From positions 32,001 to 96,000 of the IMG/VR virus record IMGVR_UViG_3300013104_000002: DNA of 64,000 nucleotides; one strand, 5' to 3'. Below the pieces are notes generated by a model. It made no database searches. It saw nothing but the letters and a program-made list of their open reading frames with translations, and was not told the DNA's origin. Shown here one piece after another: positions 29,271-38,894 of this stretch (positions are counted from its first letter, which is position 1; every line of letters begins with the position of its first letter). The translations under genes were made by a program, and so were the position numbers. The DNA comes from a virus.

Positions 29271-29606
29271 TTAACAAGGGTCTCCTTCGGGTTGTATTAG
29301 AGTAACATTACCATCAATAGGATAATTTACTGTTAAAAAATATCTAGGAGTGCCATCTATCCTTATATAATTATGAGGAATGGGTGTGGTTAGGGTAATA
29401 TCAGAATATACTGCCGTAACATCATATGGAAACGGAACACTTAAATCTCCCACATAGTATACACTTCCTCCTAAAGTAGGTGAATTTATTCCTACTACTC
29501 CGCCTGTACAAGCATATGTTCCATAATAGTATAGAGCTGTATTTATAGGTGGGGCGGGTTCTTGATTATTATTAGTCTTAAATATTAATTTTTTTATATT
29601 ATTCAT
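29271..29606 (-). CDS. Hypothetical small tail-associated protein
   Basis: 111 aa, beta-rich, VYSDITLTTP motif; last gene of the fibre cluster. Confidence 0.5.
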   Translation of the reverse strand: MNNIKKLIFKTNNNQEPAPPINTALYYYGTYACTGGVVGINSPTLGGSVYYVGDLSVPFPYDVTAVYSDITLTTPIPHNYIRIDGTPRYFLTVNYPIDGNVTLIQPEGDPC

Positions 29607-29608
29607 AA

Positions 29609-31054
29609 TTAAGCTTTTGTATTACCAAGTAAATCAAAGGCGTTAGTTGAACCAATTTGTTCAATTCCAACATGGAATCCTTGACCTTCTATTTTAAAAC
29701 CTACAGGATTAGAGATAGTAGTGGATGAACCCACTATTGTAACATCCGCTGTTCCTTTTTGGGTAATTCCTACAAAGAAGTTTTGAGGTAATCCTGCTGG
29801 GACAGTTATTGTTACTGGAGTTGACCCATTATTTACTTTAATACTATAATTGTTGTCTGCACTAGTTAGAGCATAACTAGTGGTTATAGCTTTTTGTAAA
29901 TTTACTGTTTCTATTACATAAGGTGAAGCAGTAGTTCCTGATCCTGTGACTGATGTAGTTGTTCCTGAATTAATTTTAGTCTCTGAGCCATCAGGGGCTG
30001 ACATTGTGTTATTAATAATATAAGGACTTCCAGCAGTACCAGATCCACTTATTGATATATTAGTTCCCGCATTAACTTTTGTCTCTGATCCATCAATTGT
30101 AGAAGATATAATATATGGAGATGCAATTGTTCCCAACCCAGACACACCAATATTAGTTCCTGGATTTATTTTTGTTTCAGAACCATCTGAACCTGTGGCG
30201 GTTATTATGTAAGGAGAGCCTGTTGTTCCGCTTCCTGATATACTTATATTTGTGCCAGCATTAATCTTTGTTTCGGAACCATCTATAACAGGTAAAACAT
30301 CTAATACCCATTTTTTGTTTACTAAAGACAAATCAGTAAAATTAGCAGAATAGTCTGCAAAATACTGAATACCTGTATTGTTTTTACTATCTCTAAATTT
30401 AGTAGTTTCATCAAAAAACATAAGTCCTACATACGGTTGGGCAGATCCGTCACCTATCCCTATATAAAGCCTTCCAAAGGTAGCTTCTGTTGCATCAACG
30501 CTAGATAGTGAGAGAAGAACTCCGTTAGGTTTATAAAAAATAAGATTTGAGTCATTTTCTAAGCTTACTAATGCATTTCCTGAAACAGAACCATCGTTAT
30601 TTATACTATCTTGAAATCCTACAACTGCTGCCAATCCCTCTACAAATTCAGTCAGGTTTCCTTCATCTATTGTTATATTTATTTCATTTGTTGATTGACT
30701 TAATAGTATAAGATTCCCTGATTTAGTCAAGGTTCTTAATTGTTTTTTACCTAAAAGACTTTCTCCTGAATAAATTTGAATTCCATTACCTATATTCTCC
30801 AATTGAAAATATCCTTGTATCTCTGAAAATTTGTTACAATTATAATCTACTATATTTTTTAAATTATCTGCAAGATTTATATTTTTTAGTACTACCGCTA
30901 CTCCGTTACATTGTATGTCATCTCCCTTATAGAGCACACATTCAGCACCAAGATCCGTAATAGGGCAGTCACAGTCAGTTTGTGGAGAACACTGACTACA
31001 TTGTGTATATGTTATAGTGGTATCTTGACATCCACAATTTCTATCATCTGACAT
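29609..31054 (-). CDS. Tail fibre protein with a Cys-rich N-terminus and internal repeats
   Basis: 481 aa; C-x-C-rich start, four DGSETKIN.GT...SGSGT..SPY.I repeats, C-terminal fibre-tip domain (YALTSAD...ITVP). Confidence 0.75.
   Translation of the reverse strand: MSDDRNCGCQDTTITYTQCSQCSPQTDCDCPITDLGAECVLYKGDDIQCNGVAVVLKNINLADNLKNIVDYNCNKFSEIQGYFQLENIGNGIQIYSGESLLGKKQLRTLTKSGNLILLSQSTNEINITIDEGNLTEFVEGLAAVVGFQDSINNDGSVSGNALVSLENDSNLIFYKPNGVLLSLSSVDATEATFGRLYIGIGDGSAQPYVGLMFFDETTKFRDSKNNTGIQYFADYSANFTDLSLVNKKWVLDVLPVIDGSETKINAGTNISISGSGTTGSPYIITATGSDGSETKINPGTNIGVSGLGTIASPYIISSTIDGSETKVNAGTNISISGSGTAGSPYIINNTMSAPDGSETKINSGTTTSVTGSGTTASPYVIETVNLQKAITTSYALTSADNNYSIKVNNGSTPVTITVPAGLPQNFFVGITQKGTADVTIVGSSTTISNPVGFKIEGQGFHVGIEQIGSTNAFDLLGNTKA
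29905..30285 (-). repeat. Four ~31-33-codon coding tandem repeats
   Basis: DGSETK(I/V)N(A/P/S)GT...GSGT.(G/A)SPY(I/V)I x4, with synonymous divergence at DNA level. Confidence 0.9.
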
Positions 31055-31058
31055 AATT

Positions 31059-31283
31059 TTATAAATTATCTATTATTTCTTGTAAATTATCCACTTTATT
31101 TCTTAAAACTATCAATGCGGTATATATTGCTTGATTAAACTGTTCTTGTGTTGAGTTAGCTCCTAATCCTAGTTGAGAGTAGGTGTTTTCATCTATTACA
31201 CATTTAGTACTTTTACGATCCCCATTGCAATTGTCCTCTGATTGCACTACGTTTGTATAAGTCGGACATCCTGTTGTTGCCAT
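31059..31283 (-). CDS. Small Cys-containing fibre-associated protein
   Basis: 74 aa; STKCVI motif and C-terminal coiled coil. Confidence 0.6.
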   Translation of the reverse strand: MATTGCPTYTNVVQSEDNCNGDRKSTKCVIDENTYSQLGLGANSTQEQFNQAIYTALIVLRNKVDNLQEIIDNL

Positions 31284-31294
31284 AATTTTTATTT

Positions 31295-31726
31295 TTAGGG
31301 TTGAGGTAGATTATCTAAAATTAATTGTAAAGTTTCTGCTAAGGTAGATGGAGAATCCCCGCAGTCATCCACTAGTCCATTAAAGTCAAGATTACAACTT
31401 TCTATGTTTTTACTACAAATATCTGTAGTTTCTAGTTCTGTTACTCTATCTTTTAATGCTATTATTTCTGCATCTATTTTTATAAAAGCATTTTTTACAA
31501 TAACCCTCCCTTCTGTGGTTTTTACATAGTTTAGTATACTATCTTCTAATGATTCTAAGTTAATTTCCTCCAGCTGATTGTAAATATCCTGAGTCGTTTC
31601 TTCTATAGATAGGGAACAATGATCAGATAATTCCGAAAATTTATTAACCTCTCCCTCGTATTCTACGCATGCACTAGGTTTTATCTCACCACATGTATGC
31701 TGTATTTTATTGCACTTATTTTCCAT
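31295..31726 (-). CDS. Cys-rich fibre-associated protein
   Basis: 143 aa; SACVEYEG motif and coiled coil. Confidence 0.6.
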   Translation of the reverse strand: MENKCNKIQHTCGEIKPSACVEYEGEVNKFSELSDHCSLSIEETTQDIYNQLEEINLESLEDSILNYVKTTEGRVIVKNAFIKIDAEIIALKDRVTELETTDICSKNIESCNLDFNGLVDDCGDSPSTLAETLQLILDNLPQP

Positions 31727-31747
31727 TTTAATTATTATAATTTATAC

Positions 31748-33223
31748 TTATGTAAAAAACGCTTCCGTAATAGTTATTGCAATTTTAAACATTCCTATGT
31801 CATTAGGATGTGATGCAACGCCTGAATTATTTACAGTATGCCAAACTAAGTCGTCTCCATAAACTTGTGCTCCAATAACACTTTTATTTATTGAAAGGTC
31901 TAACGAAGATAATGGTACATAAGGGCAATCTCTAGATAAAGAAGCGGCTTGCATTATTGAATCTTTAGTAGCACTAACCCAAAAATTACCTGTTGTAAAT
32001 ATTTTCACAGAAGGGATTTTAGTTCTAATATAATCTATTAAACTTTCAATACTTGCCTGATATCCTGTGGTATTAGAAACATTTTCTCCTAATCTAATAA
32101 TAACACAGTCTCTTCCTACTAAATCAGCGTCTAATTGCGTTTTATCCCAAGTAGTGTGATTTGCTTCCCAATCTGCTATATTTCTTCCGTAAACTACAGC
32201 GGAAGGGTTGCTTTTCTTCAATCTTGTTTCTAATACATGAACAAAATCTTTCTCTCTCAAACTTGCTGCCATTCCCCATTCTCCCCACCAATACGATAAA
32301 ATTGGATGTTTTGTTATGGAATTTCCTAAAACTAATGTGTTGGTTGGGATATATTCGGACATTTGACGACTTAACTGAGTCTGATATAATTCAACTATTT
32401 TATAAAAATTGTAGTTATCACATTTAGTATTAAAAGAACTTCCAATAGAAGCAAAAGCACACTCTTTAGAAGAAAAAAAATCAGGAAAGGCTACACCAGT
32501 AGCAAAATTTTGAACAGCACCTATATATATCGATCTTGTAGGTAAAACAGGACTTGTAACATTAGTAGTTGCGGTAGCTCTATTTACTCCATTTACATAC
32601 AATCTTAAATCAGTAGGTGCGGAGCTATTCCTGTTGTTTACAAAAAGACCTTTAGTATTTATAATACCAATAGCAAGGGCAAGTCTTGAATTTAAATTCT
32701 GACCAGTATGTGTGGCAGCGGCAGAATTTGTACTATTTGGTAGTGTCAATCCTATAATACTAACAGAAGGAGTATCTCCCACTACACCCATTTCAATATT
32801 AGCAGATTGTTGTATTTGTGTTCTAGAATAATAGCTAACATGTGCATCATATAAAGTTAGATTTACAGAAGGAATTAACTTAGTATCTGCATACGCATCT
32901 ATACCATTTGGTTTAGCTCCTGTTGCTGAATGAACCCAAGTTCCGTTAAAAACTAATCTAAACGCTGCATCTAAATCTCTAGGATCTTTTAAATTGTATT
33001 TATGTGTTGTGGCTGTACCTCCTACAAAGGGGTATAAAGCTTTCATCTTTGTCCATAAACCATACCCTTTTAAATTATTTACTAACTCCCTAATAGCATT
33101 TACTTGTGTAGGATTTGTTATTCCTGTGGCTGTTAAAAAATCACTGGCTTCTGTGCTTGAGGCGTTACCAAATGATGTAAATATAGGACAAAATTCTTGA
33201 TATAATATTTTTTTACTACTCAT
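31748..33223 (-). CDS. Tail spike/fibre protein with a lectin-like domain and a C-terminal SGNH/GDSL hydrolase
   Basis: LVLGNSIT (block I), IRLGEN (block III) and SHPN (block V); N-terminal GLWTKMKALYPFVGGT domain. Confidence 0.8.
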   Translation of the reverse strand: MSSKKILYQEFCPIFTSFGNASSTEASDFLTATGITNPTQVNAIRELVNNLKGYGLWTKMKALYPFVGGTATTHKYNLKDPRDLDAAFRLVFNGTWVHSATGAKPNGIDAYADTKLIPSVNLTLYDAHVSYYSRTQIQQSANIEMGVVGDTPSVSIIGLTLPNSTNSAAATHTGQNLNSRLALAIGIINTKGLFVNNRNSSAPTDLRLYVNGVNRATATTNVTSPVLPTRSIYIGAVQNFATGVAFPDFFSSKECAFASIGSSFNTKCDNYNFYKIVELYQTQLSRQMSEYIPTNTLVLGNSITKHPILSYWWGEWGMAASLREKDFVHVLETRLKKSNPSAVVYGRNIADWEANHTTWDKTQLDADLVGRDCVIIRLGENVSNTTGYQASIESLIDYIRTKIPSVKIFTTGNFWVSATKDSIMQAASLSRDCPYVPLSSLDLSINKSVIGAQVYGDDLVWHTVNNSGVASHPNDIGMFKIAITITEAFFT

Positions 33224-35244
33224 TATGATGGTTGCGTTATAGTTATCCAGTAAATTCCTGTACTTAAATACTCAACTACAATTTGATTTTTCAAAGTCCC
33301 TACATATGCACCTTTTATATTCCCAGACCATCCAGCAGGAAATGTTAATATGAAATTACCTGTTACATAAATCGATATAACTTTTGTTTTACCAGCAGCA
33401 GGTAAATTGCTTTCTGTAAATGTTGTGTTTCCTGTTAATATTAAATTCCAAGTGTCAAAACTGTAATCTAAATTGTAGACTCCAGTGGTTGCACTATTTG
33501 TAACAAGTGTTGGGATTGTTTGAAAATATAAAGCCAATCTAGTTCCTAAAGTTGTGATTAACTGCAAGAATGTTCTAGTCTTGGTTTTATTTGAATCAGC
33601 ACTATCTCCTATAACAATATAATCAGCATCTACCAAGGTAGTAGCTTTAGCAGGTAAAGCAGAAATTAGATTCTCTTTAATCCACGTTATAATTATTGCC
33701 CATACTGGAAATTTAGTTGTACTTGCAACATCGGATACAGAGTTAGATTTATTAGTTGTATTCTCATAACTATTTGAATCTAAACTACCATCTCCTTTTT
33801 GAAACTGACTGGAAGTACCTCCTGTAACTTTATTTCCTGTAGTTTCAATACTACCACTTCTTTTTATTGCAGAAGTTTTATTATTTCCCGCAGGTATTGA
33901 AGTACCAGAAAAAAAGAAATTACTTATATCAGTTCCCACAGCCGTATATGTAGTGTAAAGAGAGGTGCTTGAATTATATGTCCAAGTAGAACTATTTAAT
34001 CCTATATACAAATTGTTAACATTTACCTTAAGACTGTCACTGTTAACTGTTGGTGGGTTATTTAAGTCAAATATTGTGGCTGTGTTGGGATCATTCGAAT
34101 TGACATACACTACATTAGAAAATACAGGAGGTACATCATCATTATAATATGAAATGATTTCCCAATCATATGAACTCCAATTATAACCGTATTCTAAACA
34201 GTATTTTGCTTTTACTGAAGTTGGATACCAATCTATAGTGTTGGGAGTAACTAAATCAGGTCTTAATCCTGGATTCACTACAAGGTTGGTCACACCTGCT
34301 CTAAACTTGATCACAAATCTTTTATACTTACTATAACCACTAGGTAAGTTTATTGTATAGCTTGCTACAGTAGAACCACTTAATATTACTCCGTCATCTG
34401 TAGAAGAAGGTGTAAAAACTCCTCCATTTGATAAAGTTACTTGGGCAATCCTGTCATTTCTTAAAGATTGCACATAATTTCTATTTATTAAATCGTTGCT
34501 CGTAGCATTTACATCACTATCTAATAAAGTTAAAGATTGTACTTGTCCTTCAGGAGTCCTCTGAACTATCGTTCCATTTAAAGATGAACCAGAACTATAT
34601 TGTATAGTTGTCTGATTATTAGAGTTGTCTGTAGCATACACTATTTTAGGTGCTGAAACCTTATCTAATTTACCAGATAAATCCTGATCACCTGTATTGA
34701 CTCCAGAAGTATTATTTAACTTAGTTTTATCTGTTGGTGATAATAGTCCTGCATTTGTTGTGTTTGCTAAATTAATAATTGCGTCAGTTCCTGTATCCGA
34801 AGTTACTGTTCCATTTATAGGAGAAGCAATGTAATCTAAATTAGTAGAACCCGTTATTGTTGGTAAATTAGAAAGATCATTATAATCTCCTGAAAAAGCT
34901 ACTACTGCTAACTCATCCGTTTCTACATATGTGGAATTACCATCTGATCCATTATTAATTAAATTTGAAGTATTATCTCCTGGTTGCAATGCATTGTTTA
35001 TAAGTAGCTGAAGACCATCCGAAACTTTAATATTTTTAGTAGAAAATCCTGTAATAGTTATACTTCCATCTGTATTTTCTATAGATTGTACTCCTGCTGA
35101 AACTTGTTTTAAAGCATAAGGAACACCTTCCTTATCAGTAACATATATTTCAAATTTATTTTCTCCTGGAACTTTTAAGTAAGCGAAGGAGTTTGGTTTT
35201 AGTCCAATTAAACTATTTACTTTATATGCAAATACTTGTTCCAT
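33223..35244 (-). CDS. Tail fibre protein (mosaic)
   Basis: 673 aa, S/T/G-rich; LAVVAFSGDYNDL, AGLLSPTDKTKL, NTGDQDLS and FQKGDGSLD motifs common in Bacteroidota-phage fibres. Confidence 0.75.
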   Translation of the reverse strand: MEQVFAYKVNSLIGLKPNSFAYLKVPGENKFEIYVTDKEGVPYALKQVSAGVQSIENTDGSITITGFSTKNIKVSDGLQLLINNALQPGDNTSNLINNGSDGNSTYVETDELAVVAFSGDYNDLSNLPTITGSTNLDYIASPINGTVTSDTGTDAIINLANTTNAGLLSPTDKTKLNNTSGVNTGDQDLSGKLDKVSAPKIVYATDNSNNQTTIQYSSGSSLNGTIVQRTPEGQVQSLTLLDSDVNATSNDLINRNYVQSLRNDRIAQVTLSNGGVFTPSSTDDGVILSGSTVASYTINLPSGYSKYKRFVIKFRAGVTNLVVNPGLRPDLVTPNTIDWYPTSVKAKYCLEYGYNWSSYDWEIISYYNDDVPPVFSNVVYVNSNDPNTATIFDLNNPPTVNSDSLKVNVNNLYIGLNSSTWTYNSSTSLYTTYTAVGTDISNFFFSGTSIPAGNNKTSAIKRSGSIETTGNKVTGGTSSQFQKGDGSLDSNSYENTTNKSNSVSDVASTTKFPVWAIIITWIKENLISALPAKATTLVDADYIVIGDSADSNKTKTRTFLQLITTLGTRLALYFQTIPTLVTNSATTGVYNLDYSFDTWNLILTGNTTFTESNLPAAGKTKVISIYVTGNFILTFPAGWSGNIKGAYVGTLKNQIVVEYLSTGIYWITITQPS

Positions 35245-35258
35245 TTATTTTTTATGTT

Positions 35259-35600
35259 TTACCATTCATTTTGAGTCCATGAAAATGGCTCATTAGTAGT
35301 GTAATAATTATTGGTAATATCTCTGTACTTTGTTTGAACTGTTTTTAAGTCAACGATTTCTATATTATCATCGTCTAAAGCTCCTCTGAGTTTTTTATCA
35401 AAAAATTCCTGTACTTCACAGTTGTCATTTCTGAGCGTTTCTATTAAAAGATTAATACCTTTTATCTTACTTTTACTTACTTTTCCACCCATTCTGAAGT
35501 GATTATAGTTAAACATTTTATCTGCTTGTTTTAAAGACTTTTTTTCTAAGTCATAAAGTAAAGACTGCTGTGTTATTTTATTTACTTGTAGCGTTCCCAT
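35259..35600 (-). CDS. Putative tail hub protein B
   Basis: 113 aa; size and position after a hub-A-like gene. Confidence 0.4.
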   Translation of the reverse strand: MGTLQVNKITQQSLLYDLEKKSLKQADKMFNYNHFRMGGKVSKSKIKGINLLIETLRNDNCEVQEFFDKKLRGALDDDNIEIVDLKTVQTKYRDITNNYYTTNEPFSWTQNEW

Positions 35601-35602
35601 AA

Positions 35603-36139
35603 TTAAATTTTACAATCTAGATATCTGTTTAGCATTTTTTTACTTTCTTCAAAGAATCTCTGTGCCTTTACAAAATCTCCTAGTAAGGTATGGGCTTTAG
35701 CTTTATCTTCCCAGAATTTGACTTCGGTCATATAATCTATAAAACCTTCATCAAATATTTCGAGACCATAAGTAATCATTACCTTAGCATATTCAATATC
35801 AAAAGTATCTGTTTTTAGATGATATTTAGTTTCTTCAATGTTTTCATACCCAGATTTTAACGTAATTGTATAAATACCATCAGGTAATTTTACATATTCT
35901 TCTTCCGTACAATCTCCTTTTAAACAGCTAATACCTAAGTTATGAGAATTAAGTGTATTAATAGCTTCTTTTTTAAAGGAGTACGTTTTTTCTTTTGTTG
36001 ATCCTGGCATTTGTATGACCAGATAAGAAGGCAGGTTTTGAGAATAAATCCAGTCAGAATTATCAAATATAGATAATTTGTAAGGACTACCTGTCTCTAG
36101 TATATAAAAATCTATATTTATCTTTCCTACTGTATTCAT
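35603..36139 (-). CDS. Putative tail hub protein A
   Basis: 178 aa; LPDGIYTI motif followed by a helical C-terminus, as in crAss tail-hub proteins. Confidence 0.55.
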   Translation of the reverse strand: MNTVGKINIDFYILETGSPYKLSIFDNSDWIYSQNLPSYLVIQMPGSTKEKTYSFKKEAINTLNSHNLGISCLKGDCTEEEYVKLPDGIYTITLKSGYENIEETKYHLKTDTFDIEYAKVMITYGLEIFDEGFIDYMTEVKFWEDKAKAHTLLGDFVKAQRFFEESKKMLNRYLDCKI

Positions 36140-36141
36140 TA

Positions 36142-36336
36142 TTATGCTGTTACTACTTTAACGTCTCCTGAAGTTGTACTGTAAATTTCCCCTACTTTTA
36201 ATCCTCCTGCAACAGCTGTTGAATTGTTAGTATAAATTGGATATACTTTCGGAGTATTTATTTGTGTTAGTATTGTTTTAATCTTTCTTAAAAAATCAAA
36301 AAGGTTTAATTTGTCGATAAGTTCTTGTGTTGTCAT
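36142..36336 (-). CDS. Small structural (fibre-like) protein
   Basis: 64 aa; YTNNSTAVAGGLKVGEIY motif typical of phage fibre tips. Confidence 0.55.
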   Translation of the reverse strand: MTTQELIDKLNLFDFLRKIKTILTQINTPKVYPIYTNNSTAVAGGLKVGEIYSTTSGDVKVVTA

Positions 36337-36971
36337 TATTTTTTAATTAAGGTATAATATTTTTTAGTATTTTCGATTCTTTCTTTTAAATGATTCGGTA
36401 CTTTTTTACTATTTTCATTTCCTAGATTTATAGCTTTACTTAATTTAGTAATACTTTGTTCATCTACTTTTTTAGCCAAATCCCATAATTTATTCTTTTC
36501 AAAGTAATAAAGACCTGTTTCCCAAAAGTATTTTGAAGCTATTTCTTCTGTTGTTAACTTTATTTTTGATCCAACCCATTTTGAGAAATCTCTGTAATTA
36601 TCTGAACCAGTTAATTGTAGGCTTCCAGCTCCCCTATGCGTATAACCGTCTCCACTTGCTTCATTACCATTACCCATTCTATTAGCATAAGCTCTGTTGG
36701 CTATTTTTTTAGGTTGGCGGGCGTAGTTTAATCTGTCTTGGGGTGTAGGAAAGTATTTTAAAAAAAAGTCCTTTAAACCTTCCTCTGAATAGTTTGTATT
36801 TTCTTTATCTTTAGTGAAATTAGCAGATTCGATTGAAGTCTGTCCTAGAAAATTAGCTAATTGCTCATCATTAATTTTCCACAACTCTTTCATTTTATTA
36901 AAGGTATTTTTACCTAATATCCCATCTGCCACCAATCCATTTTGTTTTTGAAAATCTGCTATTTTGCTCAT
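36336..36971 (-). CDS. Endolysin: peptidoglycan-binding domain plus GH19 lysozyme/chitinase fold
   Basis: FQKQNGLVADGILGKNT (PG_binding_1); FLGQTSIES...ENTNYS...YANRMGNG...GDGYTHRGAGSLQLTG. Confidence 0.92.
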   Translation of the reverse strand: MSKIADFQKQNGLVADGILGKNTFNKMKELWKINDEQLANFLGQTSIESANFTKDKENTNYSEEGLKDFFLKYFPTPQDRLNYARQPKKIANRAYANRMGNGNEASGDGYTHRGAGSLQLTGSDNYRDFSKWVGSKIKLTTEEIASKYFWETGLYYFEKNKLWDLAKKVDEQSITKLSKAINLGNENSKKVPNHLKERIENTKKYYTLIKK

Positions 36972-37222
36972 TCTTTATTTTTTAATTTAAACCATTTATA
37001 TAGTTTTACTTTTACTTTTTGGTCATATATAGGATCTATTAATTTTTTAACTATAAAAACTATTATGAAAATAACAACAGCATTAAAAATTGCAAAACCT
37101 GATTTTATAAGTTCTTCAACTACTAGTCCTGACATCGGAGCAGATAAATTAAAATAAGTAAACATTCCTGTAAATAGAGAAGTAGAATATTGTACGGGAT
37201 TTTGCCACACATCCTCAAACAT
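36968..37222 (-). CDS. Membrane protein, holin/antiholin candidate
   Basis: Probable start MFEDV (37222), which avoids the overlap of the longer ORF call; TM helix FAIFNAVVIFIIVFIV and basic tail; directly before the endolysin. Confidence 0.55.
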   Translation of the reverse strand: MFEDVWQNPVQYSTSLFTGMFTYFNLSAPMSGLVVEELIKSGFAIFNAVVIFIIVFIVKKLIDPIYDQKVKVKLYKWFKLKNKE

Positions 37223-37238
37223 CTCCTGACCGAAGTGT

Positions 37239-37619
37239 TTAACGCCTAATACTCCTAAAATAGCCAAAAATATAATTTTTAAAGTTGATAACATCTTTGT
37301 ATGCGATATATAATGCGGAAACAATTACTAAATCTATTATAAAATAGTCTGAATACTCAAAGTAAGTTATACCTTGTAGTCTATCTGAAATATCTTCGAA
37401 AAGTAGTCCTATGAACACTAAACTTAAAAATTTGCTAAATCTTGTTTTATAATCACAGCTTAATAAAGCCAGGATAATGCATGTAGAGTAAATTATTTTT
37501 CTAAGTTCCCAATAATTGTCTATGTCTTGAGGAGAAGTCGTAGGGAAGCAGTAATTTGAAATTAAGTTACTGCCCCACCACAACATCAAAGAAAGAAATA
37601 GAAAGAAATTTTTGACCAT
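37239..37619 (-). CDS. Multi-pass membrane protein in the lysis cassette
   Basis: 126 aa with 3-4 hydrophobic helices. Confidence 0.6.
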   Translation of the reverse strand: MVKNFFLFLSLMLWWGSNLISNYCFPTTSPQDIDNYWELRKIIYSTCIILALLSCDYKTRFSKFLSLVFIGLLFEDISDRLQGITYFEYSDYFIIDLVIVSALYIAYKDVINFKNYIFGYFRSIRR

Positions 37620-37906
37620 TAGTCCTCTTTTTTTGGAGGATTTGGTTTTGTATCTGGGTTAACAGTAAAAGGTTGTACAACCTCTCCGTCCTTAACTCCG
37701 TATTTAGTAGTCATTGTTGAAATGAATATACTTGTTATACTTGCTACTATAGCTATTTGTGAAATCATGCCTGCTACTGATTCGGGAATAACTAATCCTG
37801 ATGTGAGTAACAAACTAGATAGAGTGGTTATAGCAAATGATATTTTAATTATATTTTTAAAAAATGTTGGTGTTGCTGCTTTTAGCCTGTTTATAATTTC
37901 CTTCAT
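37619..37906 (-). CDS. Putative holin
   Basis: 95 aa; RLKAATPTFFK..I motif and two TM helices, as in Bacteroidota-phage holins. Confidence 0.65.
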   Translation of the reverse strand: MKEIINRLKAATPTFFKNIIKISFAITTLSSLLLTSGLVIPESVAGMISQIAIVASITSIFISTMTTKYGVKDGEVVQPFTVNPDTKPNPPKKED

Positions 37907-38844
37907 TGTTTTATTAAGTGTTTGTGTTTTTCTTCGTCGTAGTATTCGAAAGGTGTGTTATTTGTTCTATTATTATTGGGATTTAATTTAGCTTTAAAAT
38001 TAGCATATGTAAAACCACTTGCTTCTGCTGCATCTTTTACACAATCGTATAAAATACCCGTTAGTATATTTATTACTTTTTTAGCTTTCGGACTTTTACC
38101 TCCTACCCATTTACCTTTAAATCGTTCCGATACTATATCTCTTTCTTCCTGAGTTTTACTATACCAATTATAAGGTTTTATTTCAGGAATTATAGGGTAT
38201 ATATCATTACCTTCATCCGCGTAAATAAGATCGGTTTTATTTCTAACTAGTCCTAATAACATTGAACTTAAATGATTACTTTTTATATTATAGGCTTTTG
38301 ACGCACTTTTTATAGTGTCATAGAATATGCCAGTTTGTGTACTTAATAATAGTCTCGATCCTGGATGATTTTCTCCTTTTAGCATACATGCTCTTTGGAT
38401 ATCTCTACGTTCTTCTGAGTATTTTATGCCTTTTCTAGCTATACTTTGTTTTAATTTAGTTTCTTTTGACGCTAATCTACCTGTATTTGCTTTTCTTAGT
38501 CTCTCTACTGTCTCTTTTGTTGGAATGTAACCTAAATTACCATCACCTCCGTCAGTCAAATTTACCAGAGTCCCTAATCCTAAATCTTTTCTTCCATATA
38601 ACTTTATAAATTCCTTTTCTTTGGTTTTAATAAATTCATAGTCATTTGATTCTAGTAGGATTTCTACTTCGTATTCTGTTTTATTCACAATATTCTTCCA
38701 GAATTCGCTTCTTTTAATTGTTACAAATGCTCGTGAATATTCTCTTTCGTGCTGAGTGTAATTTTTAGGTTTAGTACCGACTCCTACATAAAAGACTTGG
38801 TTAAGATCTTTTCTTATATGTCTATATAAATAATGTTCCTTCAT
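37903..38844 (-). mobile_element. Free-standing GIY-YIG homing endonuclease with NUMOD3/NUMOD1 repeats
   Basis: YLYRH...VFYVGVG...KEKEFIKLYGR...LVNLTDGGDG; SKETKLKQS repeats; 9-nt ATGAAGGAA direct repeat at both junctions. Confidence 0.9.
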
Positions 38845-38855
38845 CAAGATATTTT

Positions 38856-38882
38856 AAAAAGGGGACTTTTAACATCCCCTTA
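38856..38882 (-). terminator. Rho-independent terminator
   Basis: AAGGGGA-loop-TCCCCTT followed by Ts. Confidence 0.8.
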
Positions 38883-38894
38883 TATAGTTCTTTA

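Noticed and set aside
29271-35244. Diversity-generating retroelement or invertible fibre cassette
   Set aside because: No reverse transcriptase or recombinase, and no TR/VR pair or flanking inverted repeats noticed in the window.
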